Below the pieces are notes generated by a model. It made no database searches and was not told where the DNA came from. It was given only the letters and a program-made list of their open reading frames with translations. The position numbers were made by a program, and so were the translations under genes. From NCBI GenBank assembly GCA_951406725.2, contig OX597823.1:1054001-1118000 (forward strand): a stretch of DNA of 64,000 nucleotides. The letters are read 5' to 3'. Positions 56,241 through 64,000 of this stretch are shown here, one piece after another (positions within the stretch are counted from its first letter, which is position 1; every line of letters begins with the position of its first letter). Source of the stretch: Octopus vulgaris (lineage: Eukaryota).

Positions 56241-57367
56241 TACAGAGAGCGCGCACCTTATTAAGCTACTCACAAAAGAAGCGATTGTTATATTTCCTTA
56301 TAGGTTGCTTTGTAGGTGTTTTGGCTGAAGTCCTCAACCTGTCGCTGTTAATCACAGAAGGTCATCGGTAACCTTTCATATCGTCAAGCCTCTCGTCTCA
56401 TTTATAAAATTACTACACTCTTTGACGGTCTTTTATCAAAATGCAGCCATTAGTTTCTGGTACTTTTCCATTCCATTTGTCCTTCCTTAATAACGTTCTC
56501 GAATTGGCTTTTGTCTATCTTAATTTTACAGCCTAATCTAAGAAGAAACATCCACGGCAAAAAAAAAAATATTAACATCAATCAATAAACGGAAACCCGT
56601 GTTTCGCAACGGTGCATCACATGATCATAGTTAAATAAAAGTATATTTTAAAATATACTTTCCCAAACATCAAAGTTTGAAATATGAAACACTGCGCTTA
56701 ACTTTGCACCAATTTAACACACACACACACACACACAGACATGCACCCATACACATTACACTCACACACACATTACGCGTAGGTCTTCAAATTAAGAATA
56801 TCTATTTAGAGTGAAATTGTAAACAAGTTCGTCAGTAAAATTTTTCTGTTCAAAGTTAAGAAAGAGCCCTCCCAACTTTCCCAACCCTGCCTAAACTTTT
56901 ATTAATTTTGAAGTCGACATATTGAATATTTATTAAATTAAACCAATTACGTGATCTAAAGTAAGATAGAAAAACCGAAATGGTTTACATATCGATTTCA
57001 ATGTTTAAACAATATTATCGATATGAACAGCGTATTTGTATTGACTTCCACAATCAGAAATATTTAACAGCAATACATTGCTAAAGTCGGTTCGTTGGCG
57101 ACAGACAAAGATGGAACTTAAGTAAATGCAATCACATTATTAAAAATATTCAACCTCGTGCTTCTCAGTTCAAATTCTCCTGGAGTTTCCAACAGAAATA
57201 AAATTTCAATTAGCCATTCATTAGTTCTTCGATTTCATTAGTTTTATTGTTCACTAAAACAAGTGCCACTAAACCAAAGTTATAAGTGAATATCTGCGAT
57301 GAGGGAACCAGTTTCAGACATTGTTTTCTAAAATAATATTCACTTAAAGTTTATCGTATATATATAT

Positions 57368-58250
57368 ATTGTTGTATTTAGGGATGGTCATGTTGCCAGT
57401 TTAGCCAATAAAACACACGCACTATATATTTGGTGTTAATTTGCTTCAGCTTTATTGTATTTTTTTTTACATTAATCGTATTTCGGCCAGAGTTCTTTCG
57501 TCACACTTCTGTGACCTCATCAGTGGTCCTTTGCTTTCCCCTTTCTTATTTGTGTGTCTTTCCTTACTATCGATCAGTCATTTTGTATTTTGAATACCTA
57601 TTATATATGTGTTTATTTGCGCATGTGTATACTCCTATGTGTGTCTAGTAAGTGCGTGTGTATGGGTGTGTGTGTGCCTGTATTATCTGTATCCCCTATT
57701 TATACACGTTCGTTTAATTTGTTTTTATTTATTTTGTTCATGTGTATATACCTACTTATTTTTTATTCTTTCTTTTTTTCGTATTTAATTTGATTTAATT
57801 TTGTTAACGTATATAGTTATTTAATTCCATTTGTTTGTCTGTGTATTGTGTTATTCATATTGTTATCGGTTTTTGAGGATCTTATTCTGTCATATGTTGT
57901 GGTTTATTGGGGGCTAGCGTTCCATCCCAGTTTTCCTATTCAGGCTGGGTTTATTTTCTATTATGTGTGCAGCTTCTGTAATTTTGTCCAAGTGTTGCAT
58001 TTGTTCTATGTGTGGACACGATTTTAACTTCTATGTTGTTGAGAGAAACCCCGTGATCAGGAACTGCAATGGAAGATTCTGGTTGTTCCTCACTCAAAGA
58101 TTTATGTTTAGCTATGATGCATTTGGGCGATATTTGCCGCGAGGTTAAAACAATATAGTTACACTCTGATAAGAAGCCGAACAGTGAAGTATAGACTGCT
58201 ACAGTTCTAGAAAGATCTTCCTTTTGGCATTGAATTATGCAAGAAGTAAA
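57368..58250 (-). mobile_element. Penelope-like element 3' end (GIY-YIG C-terminus and pLTR)
   Basis: KITEAAHIIENKPSLNRKTGMER* (stop 57914-57916), then an HHR and a TA terminus; left end firm, right end uncertain. Confidence 0.72.
57485..57529 (-). ncRNA. Canonical minimal hammerhead ribozyme
   Basis: Minus: cca-CTGATGA-g-gtcaca(gaag)tgtgac-GAAA-gaac-TC-tgg. Confidence 0.8.
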
Positions 58251-58389
58251 CAATAATAATTCTGGGTTGGTGTTTTTGTTGTCGGCGAAGTTTCCAGAAA
58301 AAGAGACGGAATCAGTTATCTGATAACGGCATCACACCACATCTCCCCTCCCGCTCCTCTCTCTCACTACACACACACACACACACATA

Positions 58390-58421
<32 letters not shown>

Positions 58422-58439
58422 CGTATGTATGTATGTATG

Positions 58440-58491
<52 letters not shown>

Positions 58492-58586
58492 TTATAAGTT
58501 GTTTATAAATTCAACCTTTAAAGGTATTTTTTAATATGCTGGCAATTGATAAAATTTTTTTCGAAAATTTTATCCTATATTAGTTG

Positions 58587-58653
<67 letters not shown>

Positions 58654-60869
58654 TACATTTCTAAATATCTCAGAGAGATATAAGCAGTAGTGGTACGATA
58701 GAGTAGTTGTATCCTGTCAACTTAATGTGACTGATTGCCCGATTGAATTACTTGCGACCTTGTTTGGTCTGAATCTTAAAGATAATACCTACAGTCGTAC
58801 GTAGTTAAATTAAACAGTTTGGTTAAATTACTTGAGTCTGTTTCACACCGGATGTATGATTGGAAGACTTGAACGGCTGATAAATACCTGGGAAAAATAA
58901 CATCAAAAGATGAACCTAAAGGAAACTATTTGGTCGGAGGAAGTCAAACCAGGCATTACTTCAGAAGTCGTCCGGCGGCTGGGCTTTATCCCAGGTGTGT
59001 TTAATCAAACTGGAGCATCTCTTTGTGCGAGGGTCCTCTACCGGGGTTCGAAAAGTACATGCTACTCAGTCGGCATCTCAACTTGAGAATTCTACGACTT
59101 GAGAATTCTCTCAAAAGAAATCTGATTTTGTGTTTGGTTATAAAAACTCCTTTCCTCAGTTTATTTTCTACAAGTCAATGTTTATAAAATGTCTTTTATT
59201 TTATTTAAAGAGGTTCGTGCCAAGTCGTTATAACTCGTTTCCATAGGACAGTAGAATGAGAAGCAAGTTTAGAGGGCGATGGTAGGAGTCATGAGTAGAA
59301 ATAGCCTTGGGTTGCACTGAGTCTTGACGAAGACACATCAATGAGCCTATAGAAAATGATCAAGTTTAGTCTTATAGACAACTTTCAGAAAACTTTACTT
59401 TGGAAATGCCATCAAACCTGCAAGATAGCCTGATGAAACTATCATCTACTTTCTCCGACTCGTCTCCTTGTGACCTGCGTTGAATTTTCTCTTCGACGTG
59501 TGAGTTGAAAAGATCAATTATGAAATAGTTATTTTAGAAGCTTTATTTGTCAAAACAGGGAGGGTGATGGCTGTAAGCTCTGTGATTATTGTTTTACTAC
59601 CAGCGAACGCCCTTTTGCTTTTCTTTGGATATTCTTTGTTAGAAGAGGTTTAAAGAAAAAAAGTATTTCTAAATCACAGTCAATTTCAAGAAAAATAGAA
59701 AAAAGTCGAAAGATTAAACCATTGTTACCAAGACAAAGTGACAAAGTGACAAAGTGACAAAGACTCATAATGTGTTTTTTAGTCTTAAAACAGTTGACAC
59801 AAGTGTGGCATCATCATAGTCGTTATGTTCTTTACGTAGGTTTTTTTCTCCTCTTAGGTAAATGTTGGTTTTGTTCTGCCATTCTATCTTTGGGATCTAT
59901 ACCTGCTAATAAGTGACTTGCTGTTCTCTGCTCGCTTTAGGTAACTCAATACCATTTTCATTATTCGAAAGATATTCCTGTCATGCATTTAGTATGAATA
60001 CTAACAGCTTCTAATTTTACAATGAAGTTTATATTTTCCTTTTCGATTCCCTTTCAAAATAGTTCTCTTCCTTTCTCTCCTCCCGCTGAATAATCATTTT
60101 TTTTCTAGCTTTCAGCCTACTTCAAAATGGAAAGCATTATTTCTTTTCATATTTGCCATGTTTCTTAACTAATTATATTAAACCACCGCTGTTTTATTTT
60201 TCTATACAATCTCTCTCCAAGCCTACAGCAGTGATTTAGAGCAGGTTTTAATTATAGTAATCTTTTCCCGATTTATGTCTCTGCTAAATGTAGCTTGTCG
60301 ATGTTTCATTTTGTCTGTTGCTTTCCAAGTCTTGTCATTAAATTTCATGTTTTCCTGTCTAGTCGTATTAATTAGTTTCACATTCAAACCTATTACAGGA
60401 AACTTCTGGATCTTATTACCTGGTACAGTTAATTTCGCTCGACCAACATGTTTGCTTTTAGCATTTATTACTGTTCTCTTAACAATACTTCTCTCGAACA
60501 TTCTTTTCAGATTTTCTCTTTCACATTTTAGATTTGCATCCTGTCCATTTGTTCGACTATTTCAACATATTTTACTCTTTAATTTATGATTATTCTTTAG
60601 TTTCTGTTTAATTAAATATTATTAATCATTGTGAATATAGACATAACTATAATGTCCTTTCTTTCCGAATAGCAGTTTCATTAATATGTGTGTGTGTATG
60701 TATGTATGTATGTATGTATGTATGTATGTATGTATGTATGTATGTATGTATGTATGTATGTATGTATGTGTGTGTATATATGTATGTATGTATGTGTGTG
60801 TATATATGTATGCACGTCTGTATCATTCTTCCTCTCTTTCTCTCTCTCTCTCTCTCTATATATATATGT

Positions 60870-61939
60870 TGTTACGGAATCACCCGTCGTCGCCCGTCCC
60901 GAACGGCTCACACAAGTTCCGCCACGGAACCCAAAGAGGCGGAGAGAGGAGATACAGATAGATACTGCCACAACCTCAACAGCACAGAGATACAGAGGCA
61001 CAACCCGAGATACAACCCAAAGAGGCAAGGCAACAACTGGCAACACTGGCTTATATTCAAACAACAGTTTATACGACAATTACAATTGTTACAACATCAA
61101 GATACATCAAAGCATGCACGTGACTACTCAATACATAATACAACAGCATTTCAAGAGTACAACTCAAAGCATAATACAACATCATGTAACAATTCAAGAG
61201 TACACGTCCCAAGACAACAGTTCTTTAAAGTCTCTTCCTAAACATCACAATCAACAAGTCCTTTACTCTTCTTCTTCACAATGTCCTTTATCGACCACAT
61301 CGACAGAGTCCTTGACTGTTCAATACACCGTGACACATATCAATGCACAAACACATACCTCAATTCCTAATTGAATCTGCCAGTGTCCCATTCCTCTCAA
61401 TACTGCTAATTCCTCTGAATACTGCTAATTCCCTTCTGTGCCGCCAAGCTTTCTCGCATCCAACTTGCTCCTAAGAATTCCAACGCTTGCTCATTAAATC
61501 CAAGGTCCGTCTGTCTTCTTCGAGGACCGGCCAGCGACTCCAAGATCCGTCTGTGTTCCTCGACGACCGCTCAACGACTGCCAAGACCTCACTTCGTCTC
61601 TGTCCTTGCTTCAACTCCCTCATCTCCCTCTGTACCGCTCACACCCTCTCTAACTGTCCCTTAGTCTTATACTCTATCTCTCTCATGACAGCTCTACCAT
61701 ACTCTCTGCCTGTCCTTCTCTCTTACTGTCAATACCCTCTCCATCTGCTCTTAGATTCCCTTAATCTGTCTTCCTCTTTCACATTCTCACTGACCCTTTT
61801 CTCAACCGCACGAGGTCACAGGTCATTCCAAAACCCATTAGTCCTCCATTAGACAAAAGACTGTCACATTTTCACCAGACATACTGGAACGATATCCACG
61901 ATGTGGGTCAGAAACACTGCACTAGTTAAACCCGTAACA
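60870..61939. mobile_element. Probable solo LTR (~1.07 kb) of an LTR retrotransposon
   Basis: Inverted termini TGTTACGG...CCGTAACA; imperfect 4-bp flank atgt/atat; distinct non-microsatellite composition; no coding homology. Confidence 0.65.
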
Positions 61940-61960
61940 ATATATATACGCACACACACA

Positions 61961-62023
<63 letters not shown>

Positions 62024-62199
62024 GTATATATGCATAACAGTGGTGTATGAGGCTTGTTATACTGGGTACCAAAATTCAAGCAGGCTTCCATTAAGACCTG
62101 TGATTAAATTACTGACTAAGGCTAAAATTATAATGAATTTGCCATTTTTAATGAGTGCGCAGCGCACACCTTAGAACGCTCGGAATATACGCCTTGATA

Positions 62200-62386
62200 C
62201 ATACAGATCCATCATATCGTTAGCCACTACACACATTTTTTTCTCTCCTTGTTTTCAGTGTCCCTTTCTGTAGAAGAGCGTAGGCTCGAAACGTAAAGGA
62301 CTTTTTCTATTCATGAGCGTTATACTAATACATCTGTTTGTTTTGTACACCATCTGTCTTCGTCTTTTGTTTTTTTAGTAACCTCT

Positions 62387-62390
<4 letters not shown>
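62200..62390 (+). mobile_element. Solo pLTR with HHR variant (CUGUAGA) at 62263-62300
   Basis: cttt-CTGTAGA-a-gagc(gtag)gctc-GAAA-cg-TA-aagg; ends at (TA)n. Confidence 0.8.
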
Positions 62391-62417
<27 letters not shown>

Positions 62418-62421
<4 letters not shown>

Positions 62422-62625
62422 ATCCAAACAAGAAAGCACAAAAAAAGACACAACAATGCGAGGACGTGGAACAAATATAGTATTATTGGATGCTCAGGAA
62501 AGAAGGAAAGGAGGGTTTAACGTTTCGAGCCGAGCTCTTCGTCGGAACCATAGGAGAAGGAAAGATCCAGAGAAGGGAAGACAGAGGGAAAAAAATCGCC
62601 AACGGTACATACGAGGTCACATTTT
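62418..62625 (-). mobile_element. Related solo pLTR with HHR variant (CCGACGA) at 62514-62549
   Basis: Minus: ggtt-CCGACGA-a-gagc(tcg)gctc-GAAA-cg-TT-aaacc; tail-to-tail with 62200 across (TA)n. Confidence 0.75.
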
Positions 62626-63084
62626 GTATATATATATATACATATATATGTTATATGTATGCATACACACACATGAAGCGTATGTGGACTCTGGCTGAAT
62701 GTATTACTGCCAATGCACCATAATTTTAAAAAAAAAAGGATTTTTAATTCAATGAAGCGTTACACGGTATTAAGGAATTTTCCGACATCAGAAGATCATC
62801 GTCTTCTCACCACCTGGTTGAGTAAATATAACTCGACGTTTGTATGTATTTTTCGCTCAGAAATCATGGTCGTAAGATTGTAACCTGTACGAGCCAAACG
62901 TTTTTATGCAGTTTTGAAGCCAAAATATACCGAATACAAGAAATTCTGAAATTTTCGATTATGAATTATGTAAATTAGATTGTTTAATCTAGGTAAGTGC
63001 ACAACAAAAAGGGTGGAGAATTTCTTTAACCAGTTTCAAGGTAAGAGAACCAAAAGTTTGATATTCTCTTTTTTTTCTGACTTC

Positions 63085-63432
63085 ATCGATAGATACATTA
63101 TTTACATTATTTACTTTAGACGGATATTTGTCCTCATCTTGTTTGTTGTTAATACAACATTTTGGCTGATATACCTTTCAGCCTTCTTCAGGTATCTTGG
63201 GGAAATTTCGAACCTGGGTTCTCATTCCTAAGGTATTTTTTGATGTTATTATTATTTTTATTATAATTTTATTATTATTATTATTATTATTGTTGTTGTT
63301 GTTGTTGCTGTTGTTGTTGTTGTTGCAGTTGTTGCTGCTGCTGCTGTGGTTGTTATTGTTCAGGTCACTGCTTGGAATCGAACTCGGAATCTTGGGGTTA
63401 GTAGCCCGCGCTCTTAACCACTACGCCATAGG
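63085..63432 (-). mobile_element. tRNA-headed SINE-like element with internal (AAC/AAT)n and a 3' hammerhead (63151-63196)
   Basis: Minus head tggcgtagtggttaag..gagttcgattcc; tail gatac-CTGAAGA-a-ggctga(aaggtata)tcagcc-AAAA-tg-TT-gtatt; inverted head copy at 63442-63515. Confidence 0.7.
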
Positions 63433-63509
63433 CTCGTGGGTCCTATGGCGTAGTAGTTAAGAGCGCGGGCAACTAACCCTAAGATATCGAGTTCAATTCC
63501 AGGCAGTGA

Positions 63510-63576
<67 letters not shown>

Positions 63577-63585
<9 letters not shown>

Positions 63586-64000
63586 CACGAAGAAGAAGAA
63601 GATGATGAAGAAACAACAAAAGCTATAAAACAAATGAAATCCAAACTAAAAATAGAACAGCAACGAACCATGATAAAACGATGGCATGAAAAGCCCCTTC
63701 ATGGTAAATACTGCACTAAACTAAACGCAAAAGAAATAGACAAAGAAAAATCCCAGCAATGGTTGAGAAGCTCAGGACTCAAATCAGAAACAGAGGGATT
63801 TTTAATTGCAGCACAAGACCAAAGCCTCCCCACCAGAAATTACCAAAAACATGTAATGAAAAGAAATATTACAAGTAACTGCAGAATATGTGGAGATGGA
63901 CAAGAAACAATAAATCATATTATCTCTAGCTGCCCAGTCCTGGCTAAGAAGGAATATATTCACAGACATGACAGAGTTGGAACCTACATACATTCGAAGC
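63577..64000 (+). mobile_element. Second copy of the Dong/R4 element, 5'-truncated, continues off window
   Basis: Near-identical to 27633-28076; frame intact here (WHEKPLHGKY..LIAAQDQSL..CRIC..HIISSCP); preceded by (TAA)n. Confidence 0.92.

Noticed and set aside
56304-56367. Possible plus-strand exon (GCFVGVLAEVLNLSLLITEGHR)
   Set aside because: Ambiguous acceptors, weak donor and no recognisable homology
60688-61852. Long ORFs of 228, 183 and 121 aa
   Set aside because: They start in microsatellite or run through the compositionally skewed solo LTR; no domain motifs
63362-63511. Pair of functional tRNA genes
   Set aside because: Imperfect acceptor and anticodon stems, and embedded in a fold-back repeat; treated as SINE heads

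Overview
AT-rich animal genomic DNA saturated with microsatellites. The repeat repertoire suggests a coleoid cephalopod such as Octopus (inference only). I found no convincing host protein-coding gene, and most short ORFs in the track are microsatellite translations. The window is a nest of transposable elements: several Penelope-like elements (PLE; RT + GIY-YIG) and many solo PLE terminal repeats (pLTRs) abutting (TA)n; R4/Dong-type REL-endonuclease LINEs in (TAA)n and (CATA)n; a Hero-like LINE end; CR1 and RTE fragments; a full-length decayed mariner; maT, mariner and Helitron fragments; a solo LTR; and several tRNA-derived SINE families. The most striking signal is at the RNA level. About 15 minimal hammerhead ribozyme (HHR) motifs sit in TA-anchored terminal repeats. 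They include several families with a compensatory U3-A8 core, an A6U subfamily, a tRNA-headed SINE-like element with an HHR tail, and a putative pseudoknotted (non-circularly permuted) HHR in the Hero-like 3' UTR. Many of these units are folded back into inverted repeats, up to a ~1 kb near-perfect palindrome. A second recurrent hairpin motif (CATG-CTA-GAWA-TAG..GYCAAA) occurs in HHR-less elements. All structures were read by eye, coordinates are approximate, and no searches were run.
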